Part shown: piece after piece, positions 1 to 10,285 of the stretch
How positions within the stretch are numbered: position 1 is the stretch's first letter
How the letters are laid out: every line of letters begins with the position of its first letter
DNA from: Candidatus Thorarchaeota archaeon
GTDB taxonomy: Archaea; Asgardarchaeota; Thorarchaeia; Thorarchaeales; Thorarchaeaceae
Reading direction: 5' to 3'
Assembly (NCBI GenBank): GCA_020348985.1
Contig: CP070761.1
Span: 1,107,713-1,171,712, forward strand
DNA length: 64,000 nt
The notes under the pieces: generated by a model
The model's input: only the letters and a program-made list of their open reading frames with translations
The model's database searches: none
Told to the model about the DNA's origin: nothing
Position numbers and translations under genes: made by a program

Positions 1-388
1 CAGAAAACGGGTTCCAGTGCTATACCATGTGTGTGGGAACAGCTCGGCAATTGATAAGGATGGACGAGATATGCTCAAACTGGTAGCTGATTCGGGGTCT
101 TCAATCTTGGACATTGATTATCAAGTCGATCTTCATGCGGCTAAGCAGAAAGTAGGGCAAAGCGTGTGCCTCCGAGGAAACACAAATACCGCTTTGCTAG
201 GAGACCGTGCCTACTCGTCTGCAGAGGTCACTAGTAAAATCGTCGAATGTGTTGAGGCAGGAAAGCCAGGAGGAAGATACATGTATTCAGCTGGCTGCGA
301 GTGGCCATGGGAACCACTTGAGCTAGCAACAAATAACCTCAGGATTGCGAAGAAGCTGGTTGATAGAGAGGGGGTTTACTTGAGATGA
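1..388 (+). CDS. Uroporphyrinogen decarboxylase / MtaA-CmuA family protein, C-terminal fragment (5' end outside window)
   Basis: Frame open from the window edge (RKRVPVLYHVCGN); HxCG metal motif, CLRGN, C-terminal SAGCEWP typical of URO-D/methylcobalamin methyltransferase barrels. Confidence 0.8.
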   Translation, partial: RKRVPVLYHVCGNSSAIDKDGRDMLKLVADSGSSILDIDYQVDLHAAKQKVGQSVCLRGNTNTALLGDRAYSSAEVTSKIVECVEAGKPGGRYMYSAGCEWPWEPLELATNNLRIAKKLVDREGVYLR

Positions 389-1557
389 ACTCAAGAGAAC
401 GTGTAATGGCAGCGCTAAATCATATACAACCAGACATGGTTCCACTTGACCTCGGTGGCAACCAATCGGGAATTCACATCATTGCCTACAAGCGTCTTTT
501 GGAGTTTCTTGAAATAGAAGAAACTGAAGTCTGTTACCTCGACTTCATTCAACAGGCAGCGATGCCGTGTGAGGAGCTGTTAGAGCGTTTTGACATAGAT
601 GTCAGGTGGTTGCGTCCGTCGTCCTCGATAATGCCGGAAAGCTTCGTACCGGATGTGGAGGGTGAACACCAAGGAATCTGGGACCAGTTTGGTGTGTTTT
701 GGGGAAACAGTGCGGAAAAGGATCTTGAGGATGTTCTCTACTATGACCCGGTCATTCACCCCCTTGAAGATATGAAAACTGAGCAAGAGATAAGAAATTA
801 TGAATGGCCCAATGGAACCGACAAGACTCCAATGAAGGGATTGAGGAAACAGGCAGAATTTCTTCGAGAGAAGACTGACTATGCTATTGCCACGCCCCCA
901 CTCGGATGCATCTACGAGTACACAACATTTCTTTTCGGGTTCAGTACTGCGTTGAAACACTTGGTGAGGAATCCGAAGCTCATCGTCGCAACTATGGAAG
1001 AGCTTGAGAAGTACTGGACAGATTATGCGACGACCTTCTTGGCAGAGATCAAGTTTGGAGACGAGTACTATGTTGATATCGTATCAAACAATGGAGACCT
1101 ATCAGAACAGTCAGGCCCCATAATGAGCCCGAAGAGAATCTACGAACCGATAATCAAACCCATTGAACGCAAGTTTTCTGAGACACTTCACGGAATCGCT
1201 GATGTGAAGATCAACTATCATAGCTGTGGTTCGGTCCCCCACTTCATCCCCCACTTCTCTGAGATAGGATATGATGCTCTCAACCCGATTCAAGTTGGTG
1301 CCAACGACATGGAGCCCTGCAGCCTCAAGAAACGGTTCGGCAAGATGATTGCGTTCTGGGGAGGTTTGTGTGACACTCAGAGTACACTGCCGTTTGGGAC
1401 TCCAGAAGAAGTGAGAGAAGAGGTGAGACGTAACATGGCGTGCTTCAAACCAGGGGGAGGGTATATCGCTTCAAACATCCACAACATCACGGCCGAGGTG
1501 CCACCCGAAAACATCGTTGCTATGTTTGATGCGGCTCGAGATAGCAGGCACTACTAG
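385..1557 (+). CDS. Uroporphyrinogen decarboxylase family protein (URO-D-like methyltransferase)
   Basis: MNSRERVMAALNH..PD.VPLDLGG N-terminus, HSCG, LNPIQ, FWGG, LPFGTPEEV, GGGYI..HNI..VPPENI motifs; ATGA overlap with upstream paralogue. Confidence 0.9.
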   Translation: MNSRERVMAALNHIQPDMVPLDLGGNQSGIHIIAYKRLLEFLEIEETEVCYLDFIQQAAMPCEELLERFDIDVRWLRPSSSIMPESFVPDVEGEHQGIWDQFGVFWGNSAEKDLEDVLYYDPVIHPLEDMKTEQEIRNYEWPNGTDKTPMKGLRKQAEFLREKTDYAIATPPLGCIYEYTTFLFGFSTALKHLVRNPKLIVATMEELEKYWTDYATTFLAEIKFGDEYYVDIVSNNGDLSEQSGPIMSPKRIYEPIIKPIERKFSETLHGIADVKINYHSCGSVPHFIPHFSEIGYDALNPIQVGANDMEPCSLKKRFGKMIAFWGGLCDTQSTLPFGTPEEVREEVRRNMACFKPGGGYIASNIHNITAEVPPENIVAMFDAARDSRHY

Positions 1558-1576
1558 ATAGAGAATATAACATCCT

Positions 1577-2110
1577 TCATTGCTTGTTGAGCTTCAGTTT
1601 GAAGACCTTCTCGAATTTATCCAGCTTCGGCTTGATAACGTATCTGCAGTATGCTTGGTCTGGATTCTGCCTGAAGTAGTTCTGATGATAGTCTTCGGCT
1701 CGGTAGAAGACTGTGTACGGAGCAATTTCCGTTACGACCGGATTGCTCCAGACTCCGCTTTCATCAGCTCTGGCCTTGGCCGCTTCAGCCGCTTTCTTCT
1801 GCTCATCGCTGTGATAGAAAATGATTGAGCGGTACTGTGTGCCCACGTCATTTCCTTGACGATTGAGTGTAGTTGGATCGTGGGTTTCGAAGAAGACTTC
1901 CAAGAGGACTTCATAGGAGATTTGCTCTGGATTAAATGAAATCTGACAGACCTCAGCATGACCCGTGTTTCCTGTGGTTACTTGTCCATATGTAGGATTC
2001 TCAGCGGTGCCACCAGCATATCCTGATACAACAGAGGTGACTCCTTTGAGCTGCTGAAAGACGGCCTCAACACACCAGAAACAGCCGCCTCCGAATGTTG
2101 CTATTTCCAT
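1577..2110 (-). CDS. msrA: Peptide-methionine (S)-S-oxide reductase
   Basis: GGGCFWC active site, GHAE, HDPT, RQGNDVGTQYRS, AEDYHQNY; start trimmed to ATG at 2110. Confidence 0.97.
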   Translation of the reverse strand: MEIATFGGGCFWCVEAVFQQLKGVTSVVSGYAGGTAENPTYGQVTTGNTGHAEVCQISFNPEQISYEVLLEVFFETHDPTTLNRQGNDVGTQYRSIIFYHSDEQKKAAEAAKARADESGVWSNPVVTEIAPYTVFYRAEDYHQNYFRQNPDQAYCRYVIKPKLDKFEKVFKLKLNKQ

Positions 2111-2178
2111 GATTTGAGAATCAACATTTCTAGTAATCAATAGTTAGGTAGTAGGAGCTTTTCCACGTGTGGCCTTTG

Positions 2179-3732
2179 CTAGACAGCACCTCTTCTTTTC
2201 GTAATAACAATAGCAACGATGAGAAAAGATACGAATCCCGCAATTGTGAGCGGTAGAAGCTCATCTGGCAGAATCCATGAGCTATTTCCAGGGTAGAAGG
2301 GAGGCGTCGGAGTGAATGTGCCTGCTGTGCCGTTTGGATAGTGATCGATTGCCCCTTCTCCGGGTATGACATAGACAGCACCTGGTACGAGATCGTCCCA
2401 GTAGTTACCGCACGAAACGCCATCGTCCCATGAGCTGCCTGTGCCCCAATCAAATGCGTTGTAGTCGATGTTCCCTCCGAAGGTGTTGTAGTAGATTTCG
2501 TGACCCCATGCGCTTTTTACCTGCAGACCAATACCACCATTCTCTAGAATCTCGTTGCCAATGATTCTGCACTCATAACCGTTGATAATCAGAATACCAT
2601 TTCCTGTGTTATCAGAAACCAAGCTGTCCAGAAGTTGAATTCTCCTACTGCCGTTAAGAAGACGAATTCCCGCCCAGTTTTGGGCGATGACTGCATCAGT
2701 AAGCGTGCAATTGCTTGAATTGCGCACCTGCACTCCATAATGGTTCTGGCTGGATGTAAAGCTTGAGATGTGGCAGTGACCGCTATAGGTCATTAGAACG
2801 CCCACGCTAGCACGATTGAACTCACCACCTTCGATGGACACGTTTCTGCAGTCAAAGAGAATCAGTTGTCCATAATCAGTACCGTCCAGCCAGGCATCTT
2901 CTAGATTATTGAAGTAACCGAGATTCTTCCCATTGACAGTGCAGTTTTCCACTGTGGCATTGTAATCGTACTTCTCAAGACTATCAAAGAACAGACCATT
3001 GTCGAGCAAAGTGTTGTTGATGATTGTGCTGTCCCACGATTCGAAGAGTCCGACCCCCCAAGTGAAATTGGAGATAGTATTGTTGTGCAGAATTATTGAT
3101 CCTGACTCACTTACATGAACTCCATTTCCTCCACCGTCTTGACGAGACCGCATAACATTAGACTCCAATTGACAATTGACTGAATCGAAGACTGAAACTC
3201 CACCACCTTCAATATGATTCCGTGAGACTAAGCAGTAGCTACTGGCCTCCAAGATTATTGGGTCCCAAGAATCTCGAATCTCACATCTCGTTATCCTGCA
3301 ATTCACAGATGCATCAAGGATGATACCGATATCAAGAGAAGAGAATGTGCAATTCTCGACTCTGCCGTTTCGTACCATTTGGAAAGAGACTCCGAATGAG
3401 TTGTTTTCCGGACTGTCTCTTGAAAACGTACAGTCTCTAATCACGAAATAGGAGACCGTTTCGATGATTGTGATGGCCGTGCCACTTGTTGAGAATTCGA
3501 GATTTGAGATCACATACGGATCATCTCCAGTGCCAGAACCTGGAAATCCCAAGTCAGTGAAATTGGAGTCATCTATTATCAGGATTGGATTATCTGACAC
3601 ACGGATGAGTGCAGCAGAGAAGAGCTTCTCTTCAAAAGGTTGCTTGGGTTGCTTTGATTCTCCGGGAATGCACACGAAAGACAACAGAAGCAACAACACA
3701 GCAAAACAGAACCCCGCTCTACCGCAATTCAC
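2179..3732 (-). CDS. Surface-anchored right-handed parallel beta-helix (NosD/pectin-lyase fold) protein
   Basis: Signal peptide, G.GT..DPYVI.N motif, repeated NCTI/N.I..N units, GNYWDD..IDHYP terminus, C-terminal TM followed by KRR. Confidence 0.85.
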   Translation of the reverse strand: MNCGRAGFCFAVLLLLLSFVCIPGESKQPKQPFEEKLFSAALIRVSDNPILIIDDSNFTDLGFPGSGTGDDPYVISNLEFSTSGTAITIIETVSYFVIRDCTFSRDSPENNSFGVSFQMVRNGRVENCTFSSLDIGIILDASVNCRITRCEIRDSWDPIILEASSYCLVSRNHIEGGGVSVFDSVNCQLESNVMRSRQDGGGNGVHVSESGSIILHNNTISNFTWGVGLFESWDSTIINNTLLDNGLFFDSLEKYDYNATVENCTVNGKNLGYFNNLEDAWLDGTDYGQLILFDCRNVSIEGGEFNRASVGVLMTYSGHCHISSFTSSQNHYGVQVRNSSNCTLTDAVIAQNWAGIRLLNGSRRIQLLDSLVSDNTGNGILIINGYECRIIGNEILENGGIGLQVKSAWGHEIYYNTFGGNIDYNAFDWGTGSSWDDGVSCGNYWDDLVPGAVYVIPGEGAIDHYPNGTAGTFTPTPPFYPGNSSWILPDELLPLTIAGFVSFLIVAIVITKRRGAV

Positions 3733-3908
3733 TGTATTTCAATCCCCTTGAACCACGTCAACGCCTACTATGTCATCTGTGCTCCTATTACTCTGTCGGC
3801 AAATGGTGCTGAACACCAATTCGTTTCCGGAAAGAGTTCTTTTGCGTATCAGATTGAGACCCGAATAGTGAAATGCAGGACCCACTAAGGATTAGTTGCG
3901 TGCGTAAC

Positions 3909-4484
3909 ATGGAATTCTACCCCTCTGAAGCCAAGGTCCCTGAGGAGCTTAGGACCGACGAGTTTGTCCTTCGACCACTTCGTGTCATCCACGCCGAGAT
4001 GGATTATGCGGCCTTAATGGACAGCAAAGAGTCCCTACGTATGATGAGTCAGAGCAGCTGGCCATCAGATGATTTCACCTTGGAGGAGAATCGTGCGGAC
4101 CTTCAGGAACACGAGAAAGAGCATATCGAACGAGAAGCATTCACATACACAGTTCTTGATTCGACTGGGGATACCTGCCTAGGCTGTATCTATATTGAAC
4201 ACTTGAAAGAGGGCCCAATGAAGGGCGACCATGCAGCTATGCTTCGCTTCTGGGTTCGTCAGCCTCGATTGGCTGATGACTTGGATCGACGTGTACTTGA
4301 TGCACTGATGGAGTGGTTCAGGAAGGATTGGGCCTTCTCGCGGGTGGTCTTTACTATTGCCGATGTAGATGAACGGCAAAGACAGTTGGCAAAGGATCTG
4401 GATCTTCGCCTCGTACGCAGTTATGGGGGCAAATGGTCAGAGTACCTAATCCTGGATCAGTCCGATTCCTCGACACCAGGATAG
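3909..4484 (+). CDS. GNAT family N-acetyltransferase (RimJ/RimL-like)
   Basis: LRPL...HAEMDY.A, WP..DFTLEENR.DL..H..E...REAFTY.VL, CLGCIYI; start moved to ATG at 3909. Confidence 0.8.
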   Translation: MEFYPSEAKVPEELRTDEFVLRPLRVIHAEMDYAALMDSKESLRMMSQSSWPSDDFTLEENRADLQEHEKEHIEREAFTYTVLDSTGDTCLGCIYIEHLKEGPMKGDHAAMLRFWVRQPRLADDLDRRVLDALMEWFRKDWAFSRVVFTIADVDERQRQLAKDLDLRLVRSYGGKWSEYLILDQSDSSTPG

Positions 4485-4903
4485 TACTCATCATACTGAA
4501 GGCGGAGTTCTTGAACATCGTCAAGCCTGCTCAGTTGCTGATTACACTCAATTGCATAGCGGAGAGCCCTCTTGTGGTCAGGGGCTTGAAGCAGAATCTC
4601 GTTTAACTTCTCAAGAGCTTCAATCCATTGGTCGCTCTCGTAATGATTCATTGCTTGATTATAGATCCCCTCCAATTGAGCATAGACATGGAGATTATCT
4701 CTATAGTCGTATATCTTGATCAGTGCTAGATCATGAAACACACCCACCAAGAATCCAACAACGAAAGCTGTAATCAAATCCGTCTGGGCAAATCCGATCC
4801 ATGCAAGTAGAGCTGCACCAGCTCCCCAACCTATAGGAGGATAAGCATATCCAAAGATCTTCCTTCCAATGGAAACCTCCCGCTTGACATTCACCAGTTT
4901 CAC
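4457..4903 (-). CDS. Hypothetical membrane protein, two TM helices plus C-terminal TPR-like repeat
   Basis: Two hydrophobic segments, then YNQAMNHY..QW.EALEKL.EIL...PDH..AL TPR-like pattern. Confidence 0.6.
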   Translation of the reverse strand: MKLVNVKREVSIGRKIFGYAYPPIGWGAGAALLAWIGFAQTDLITAFVVGFLVGVFHDLALIKIYDYRDNLHVYAQLEGIYNQAMNHYESDQWIEALEKLNEILLQAPDHKRALRYAIECNQQLSRLDDVQELRLQYDEYYPGVEESD

Positions 4904-5036
4904 CTATTCACGTGACCAACACAGTATCTCGATTATGAACTATAGCATTGACGTATTAGTATGGTGCACGTTTAAGCAAACCGCGATTGATTAGCTGAAA
5001 CCTGCGGCGAGTGATATGATGGCGCTTTGCAATATC

Positions 5037-5070
5037 TTTATATCAGAACGTTCCGTAAATGCGGAACGTT
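5037..5070 (+). promoter_or_regulatory. TATA box followed by a perfect 9-bp inverted repeat (probable ArsR operator)
   Basis: TTTATAT at 5037-5043; AACGTTCCG-N6-CGGAACGTT at 5047-5070; the downstream operon encodes an ArsR-type regulator. Confidence 0.7.
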
Positions 5071-5083
5071 AGACAGTCACCGC

Positions 5084-5377
5084 ATGGTTGTGATTACCTT
5101 GAAGAGTCTGATGAGCACGCCTCAACACTCATGGACAGACGGCACCCACCTAGCAGGCCTATACATGCGGATGGACTCGCTAGCACGCCTTCCTCGCGCC
5201 GCGCTTGGAATCATGCTTCCTCTATTCCTACTCTATCCCCTAATGGTGATCCCTGGGCTCTTCCTTTTGGTCCTCTCCTCAGAAATCCAGTTGGCTGAAG
5301 GTGTTTCTCAGTTCGCATTGGTAGTTGGGTACGCTCAGCCCAGGGATTCACCTCCAGTCACAGTTTTGCTCAAGTGA
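5084..5377 (+). CDS. Small membrane leader ORF with C-terminal PRDSPP
   Basis: First ATG after the promoter/operator; one long hydrophobic stretch; stops 6 nt before, and in frame with, the next gene. Confidence 0.4.
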   Translation: MVVITLKSLMSTPQHSWTDGTHLAGLYMRMDSLARLPRAALGIMLPLFLLYPLMVIPGLFLLVLSSEIQLAEGVSQFALVVGYAQPRDSPPVTVLLK

Positions 5378-5383
5378 CCCCAA

Positions 5384-6301
5384 ATGAGTAAATCCAGTCT
5401 AAGAACACTGGCACGTGACCTCACAGTCGCCTTTAGGCTGGTGAGCAGGAACGTAACTTCATTTGCTTGGGCAATGTTCGGAATACTTATTGTTACTGCA
5501 ATCATGGTGGGTCTGCTCATTTTCTTTGTCACCATTCCCATCATTCTTACTTACGGGATCCAGTTCCTTGTTTGGTTGATCACACTAGTTGAAACGAGTT
5601 GGACGGCAACGAGCGGCACGGTCTTGTTGGGCATACTGTTCATCATATTCCTTCCACTATTGCTACCTGTTTTCGTTGCCCTCGGAGCTCTATACGGAAT
5701 GGCAAGAGAAATCGTTGAAAGTGAAGGCACGTCTGCTTCAGGTGTCTTCACTTGGTACAGAGCGAAGTTCCTCTCTCTAGCAGGCGCAGGCGTTCTTCAG
5801 TTTGTATTGATAGTCGGGCCACTTATGCCTCTCTCATACTTCGTCCCTGACATCATCATGGGAAACATAACGACAGAGATGATGGCGCTCATCGTTATGG
5901 TCATCATAGTCTGGGTGGTCTTCAGTTCTGGTTTCCTCTCACTCACATTTCCCGGGGTTATTGACAACCTCTCGGTTGTGAAGGCGGCTCGTCGTTCAAT
6001 CAGTCTTTCACGGAAGCATGTAGACAGGGTCTTCGGGATTTGGCTTACTTTCATACTGGTCTTCGCCTTTGCAGCCCTACCTACAATCCTCGGTGTTGTT
6101 TTTCAGTGGTTCAGCTCAATCGATAATGAGATTATCATTGCCTACAGCATCCTAATGTTGATCCTTTTGCTCCTTGTTGTACTCCCTGCAATGAGCATTG
6201 CACAAACTCGAGCCTATCTAATACTTTCCGCACAGAGTGATCAGTCATTTGAACCAAATCACGAGGCTGACGAATTCGTTAGAGGAGGCACATATCAATG
6301 A
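5384..6301 (+). CDS. Hypothetical multi-pass membrane protein
   Basis: About 6 TM segments; overlaps the downstream regulator (ATGA). Confidence 0.75.
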   Translation: MSKSSLRTLARDLTVAFRLVSRNVTSFAWAMFGILIVTAIMVGLLIFFVTIPIILTYGIQFLVWLITLVETSWTATSGTVLLGILFIIFLPLLLPVFVALGALYGMAREIVESEGTSASGVFTWYRAKFLSLAGAGVLQFVLIVGPLMPLSYFVPDIIMGNITTEMMALIVMVIIVWVVFSSGFLSLTFPGVIDNLSVVKAARRSISLSRKHVDRVFGIWLTFILVFAFAALPTILGVVFQWFSSIDNEIIIAYSILMLILLLLVVLPAMSIAQTRAYLILSAQSDQSFEPNHEADEFVRGGTYQ

Positions 6302-6930
6302 ATCCCGAGGTGTCAAAGAAACCGATGAGGGATTTTGAAGTTGTAACCGACCCGAAGGTGATAAAGCTCCTACTGGACACAACAAGGGCGGACATCGTAT
6401 TCAAGTACCTAGTTCAGGGCGAGATGACTGTCAAGCAGTTGGCCGACGCGATGCGGAAAAAGCCGGGAACAATACTTCACCATGTTCAGAAACTAAAAGA
6501 CGCTGGAATCATTGTCCTTGCGCGCACGAGAGAGACTCCAACTGGTATCATTGAGAGATACTACCGAGCGACAGCTAAAGAGTATAGACTGGGTATAAGT
6601 GAAATGCTGGGTGTCCAACAGATTATCTCGCAGACAATTGATGACCGTGTATCCTCAATAGTCTCGGGACTTTGGGTATATGGCATAAGAATTCCTCCTG
6701 AAGAGAGGCAAACGGCCAAGAAACTGCTGAAGAATCTAGTCCAACGGGAAGAGAAGCTAAGGGATGAGGTTCCGGTTCTAAGCGAAAAGGAGCATGAGAG
6801 CTTGCCGCCTGCCCTGAGAAGCGATTTGGCGGATGTGGTGCGGCAGTATGCGCTGCACAAGGATCCTCAATATCGCATCTTGCTCGAGGAGTGGTATGCG
6901 CTGCTGATGAAGTATCATTCCGACTCGTGA
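6298..6930 (+). CDS. ArsR-family winged-helix transcriptional regulator
   Basis: LLDTTRADI..L...EMTVKQLA......GTILHHVQKLKDAGII...RT......IERYYRATA. Confidence 0.9.
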   Translation: MNPEVSKKPMRDFEVVTDPKVIKLLLDTTRADIVFKYLVQGEMTVKQLADAMRKKPGTILHHVQKLKDAGIIVLARTRETPTGIIERYYRATAKEYRLGISEMLGVQQIISQTIDDRVSSIVSGLWVYGIRIPPEERQTAKKLLKNLVQREEKLRDEVPVLSEKEHESLPPALRSDLADVVRQYALHKDPQYRILLEEWYALLMKYHSDS

Positions 6931-6933
6931 CAC

Positions 6934-8526
6934 CTATCGCTTCTTTACTGAAGACAGGAAGACTACTGCAACCACGAACACAATCGAGAATCCTAGTCCG
7001 ACACCGAGGAGAAGGTTCTCGAACTCGCCTGCAGGAGGTCCCGTCATGTTAGGATCCTCTGTTGATGTTGCAGTTGTTGTCGTGGTGGTTGCGATTGGGG
7101 GTTGCTCTGTAGTCGTGGGTTCAGGAAGGATGCCATGCGCATAATAGATGTCCATCTTTTCATCTCTGCCATCAGTCCAGACTACGTGTGGAATGCTCTC
7201 GTTGTCGACACGGACTGTGAAATAGTCCCCAGGGCGAGTGAAGTTGTTGGATGTCCATTGCTCTGCAATCGGGATTGGATCGCTCAATGATACAATCTCT
7301 CTTTGCTCTCCCGAGATTGAAGCCTTCCTGTAGTAAGTTCTGTAGTATTCCCCACGCTCGTCATAGTACACAATGTGCAAGTTGCCTTCGGAGTCGATGT
7401 CCATTTCAGGTTGCCACTGATGTCCATCATGAATCGGATTGACCAGAATTCGATTGCTCCAAGTTACTCCGTAGTCATCGGAGTATCGGAGAAATACATC
7501 AAATACCCGCTCGGTCGAGTTGAATGTGTCCGACCAAAGAAGGTACAGCCTGTCGTTGTGGTCAAAGCGTATGACTGGGATTGTAATCTTGCTGGGACGT
7601 CTGTCTGCGTTTATCCACCATCCATGATGCCCGTCGTTATTGACAAACTGGGGTTCTGTGAAAGTGGCGCCGTCATCGTCACTTTTCGATAACAGGATTT
7701 CCCCACCTGAATCCGTAAACCATGTTGAGGCTACGAATAATGAGCCCTGGTTGCTCTGTGTGATATAAGGTGCCACATGCCCCTCGTCAGGATTCCCTAT
7801 TGTCGTTGTATCGTGGAAAACTGCTGCCCCATCGTTTGAGATGGACACGCGGATAGTTACGTTACCACCTTCTGACGTATCTACATCATCATAGACCACG
7901 TAAACGGTTCCATCGTCATGGACAATCATAGTCTCTTTGTCGGCAAAATGCTGCCCACCCGAGGCCCTCACAGGATTCCAGGAAGAGCCAAGATCGTCAC
8001 TCTTAGCCACTGTGATTTGCGAAAAGTAAGGCCCCGAGACCGAGAACTCCAGATAAGCATAGTAGATGCTTCCATTGAACCAAACCAGCCAGGGATCAGA
8101 CTGACGTGTGACAATATCATCGCCGGGGGCGCTTTGAGAGAAATCGATCTGAAAACTGAACATCGGCATGTGAAGGGGATGGGTCCACGAATCGCCCCCG
8201 TCAGTTGATTTAGAAAAACTGACTCTAGCCCCGCCACCATTGTGAGTCTCGGAATTCTTCCAGCCGGCGAATAACACACCATCCTCACTAATCGCCAAGG
8301 TCGGCTCTACCTGATGGTCATAAAGTGCATCATCTATTGAAAGCAGCTTGTTTTGGGAGAACGACACGATTTCTGTACTGTGACTCTCCGCTGACGAAAC
8401 CCGACGTTCACCAGTCTCAATTGGATCTGTAACATCAGATGGAAAGCTGAAGCTTGCTAAAGGTGATATAATAAGTAGAAGAAACATGAATGTGAGCGCC
8501 ACTCTCTTCATGCACTGTCGCCTCAT
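6934..8526 (-). CDS. Secreted BNR/Asp-box (sialidase-like beta-propeller) protein with Thr-rich linker and C-terminal TM anchor
   Basis: Several S.D.G..W Asp-boxes (STDGGDSW, SDDLGSSW, SDDDGATF, SDDYGVTW), GDY and WTDGR motifs, TM followed by KKR. Confidence 0.85.
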   Translation of the reverse strand: MRRQCMKRVALTFMFLLLIISPLASFSFPSDVTDPIETGERRVSSAESHSTEIVSFSQNKLLSIDDALYDHQVEPTLAISEDGVLFAGWKNSETHNGGGARVSFSKSTDGGDSWTHPLHMPMFSFQIDFSQSAPGDDIVTRQSDPWLVWFNGSIYYAYLEFSVSGPYFSQITVAKSDDLGSSWNPVRASGGQHFADKETMIVHDDGTVYVVYDDVDTSEGGNVTIRVSISNDGAAVFHDTTTIGNPDEGHVAPYITQSNQGSLFVASTWFTDSGGEILLSKSDDDGATFTEPQFVNNDGHHGWWINADRRPSKITIPVIRFDHNDRLYLLWSDTFNSTERVFDVFLRYSDDYGVTWSNRILVNPIHDGHQWQPEMDIDSEGNLHIVYYDERGEYYRTYYRKASISGEQREIVSLSDPIPIAEQWTSNNFTRPGDYFTVRVDNESIPHVVWTDGRDEKMDIYYAHGILPEPTTTEQPPIATTTTTTATSTEDPNMTGPPAGEFENLLLGVGLGFSIVFVVAVVFLSSVKKR

Positions 8527-8727
8527 ACCATGGGATCTGGTCCTGTAGAGTGTGTCATCACTAACCCGAGCTCAAAAAAGTTGTTTACTGAGCAAACCAA
8601 AAGGATAGGACAAATACGAGAAAGATACTTTGTCGACCTACAAACTGGACCAACTGCTGTCTAGTCAGTTTCAAATACCAGGCGGTTGATTATCGTACAA
8701 AGCGGGCCTGCAAGAGATGAGATGCCA

Positions 8728-9933
8728 ATGAAAGAAATCCTAGTCAAGGCTGCAGAGATCATAATCGGAAACGGGGAGATGCTCGAGGACGCATCAGTTC
8801 ATGTTCGAGGCAACAGAATAGCCGATGTCGGACCTGATGTGAAATCGCCAAATGCCGAAGTCATGGACTTCTCAGACCGTGTCATAATGCCAGGCATCAT
8901 TGATACACACATACACGTTAGTCACGACGGTCAGAATCCAGATCCCAGGGAATCATCACTCTTCACCGACGAATACCTAGCAATTCGCGGAGCGAAACTG
9001 GCAGGGCAGATGCTGCAATATGGAATAACAACAGTTGCTGATGCTGCTGCAAGAAGCGATGTTTCATTTGCAGTGAAACAGGCGGTAGAAAAAGGAATAG
9101 TACGGGGACCGAGAGTGCTTGCTTGCGGAAGAATGATCACGATAACCGGCGGCCGTGACAGGATATACGGACCAAATGAAGCAGACGGCATAGATGGAGT
9201 TCGTCGTGCAACAAGAGAGGAGCTCGGAAGAGGTGCTGATTTCATCAAGTTAGCTGCCACAGGAGCGATTTCGTCATCCAGGACAGAGAGCTTCAGTGCT
9301 CAATTCACTCTGGAAGAACTGCGAGCGGCCGCGGAAGAGACACATAACGTAGGCAAGATGGCTCACGCTCATGCCTACGGGGACGCAGGAGTACAAAACA
9401 CGATCCTGTCAGGCGTTGATGTTGTGGTGCATGGTCATCCACTGAGTGATGAATCCATTGACATGATGCTAGAGAATAAGACACTTCTAATGCCGACTCT
9501 TGTGACCTATTACGAATCCCAGAAGCATCACGATGATGGGGACCTCCCTGACTACATGGTCCGGAAGGAAAGGGAGCTTTTCCCTCTAATAGAGAGTGGC
9601 ATCAGAAACTCGGTCAAGAAGGGAGTGGAGATTGTTTTAGGCTCGGACACAGGAATGCCTTACACTCCCTTTGGGCCTTCAACATTGATGGAACTAGAAC
9701 TGCTTGTGAAAATGGGTGGGATGTCTGAGATGGATGCTATTGCGGCTGGAACTCTCAATGCAGCTAGGTCTCTGAAGATAGAATCCGACACAGGGACTAT
9801 TGCTCCTGGCAAGTCCGCTGATTTCCTAATTCTGGGTGAAGATATCAATCCAGTGGACGACATCACATCACTACAGAAACTCGGTGCCATTGAGGCAGTC
9901 TTCCTGAGGGGAAAAAGAGTAATCGCCGAGTAA
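8728..9933 (+). CDS. Metal-dependent amidohydrolase (Xaa-Pro dipeptidase-like family)
   Basis: MPGIIDTHIH, GADFIK, AHAHA, HG, GSDTG, GKSAD motifs. Confidence 0.92.
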   Translation: MKEILVKAAEIIIGNGEMLEDASVHVRGNRIADVGPDVKSPNAEVMDFSDRVIMPGIIDTHIHVSHDGQNPDPRESSLFTDEYLAIRGAKLAGQMLQYGITTVADAAARSDVSFAVKQAVEKGIVRGPRVLACGRMITITGGRDRIYGPNEADGIDGVRRATREELGRGADFIKLAATGAISSSRTESFSAQFTLEELRAAAEETHNVGKMAHAHAYGDAGVQNTILSGVDVVVHGHPLSDESIDMMLENKTLLMPTLVTYYESQKHHDDGDLPDYMVRKERELFPLIESGIRNSVKKGVEIVLGSDTGMPYTPFGPSTLMELELLVKMGGMSEMDAIAAGTLNAARSLKIESDTGTIAPGKSADFLILGEDINPVDDITSLQKLGAIEAVFLRGKRVIAE

Positions 9934-9949
9934 CAAGTCCTCTAGTTTT

Positions 9950-10285
9950 TACTGAGATGGGAGGGACGGGGCTCTGCCCCGTCCGCCGTTCCTGACGAAC
10001 GGCACATGGAGAGCAGGAGCTAATCCAATTACTTTCTCATTGTCTGAATGGACTGGCGAATCTGTTGGACTGCGTTCAGTCCTAGACTGATTCTTCTCTA
10101 TCCTCTGTTCCCGGCGAAGCATCAACCAAGATGACCACAACGCCCCCCAGAATTATCTGCCCCCAACTTGACACGTGTCCAGCTGAATGGAGCGTTGTGA
10201 TCGCGCTCAGAGAAGCCCAGTATGCGTGCGACTCTTGGGTTTCTCAGAGAGCTTGGTGGTGTATGCCTAGGCTTTTGCCAAGACG
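9950..10285 (-). ncRNA. Candidate stand-alone structured non-coding RNA (~330 nt), family unknown
   Basis: 470-bp gap between convergent genes containing at least six stem-loops, including a 14-bp stem (10133-10146 with 10189-10202) whose G-U pairs favour the minus strand; TTAAATA TATA-like box at 10306-10312 on the minus strand. Confidence 0.5.
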
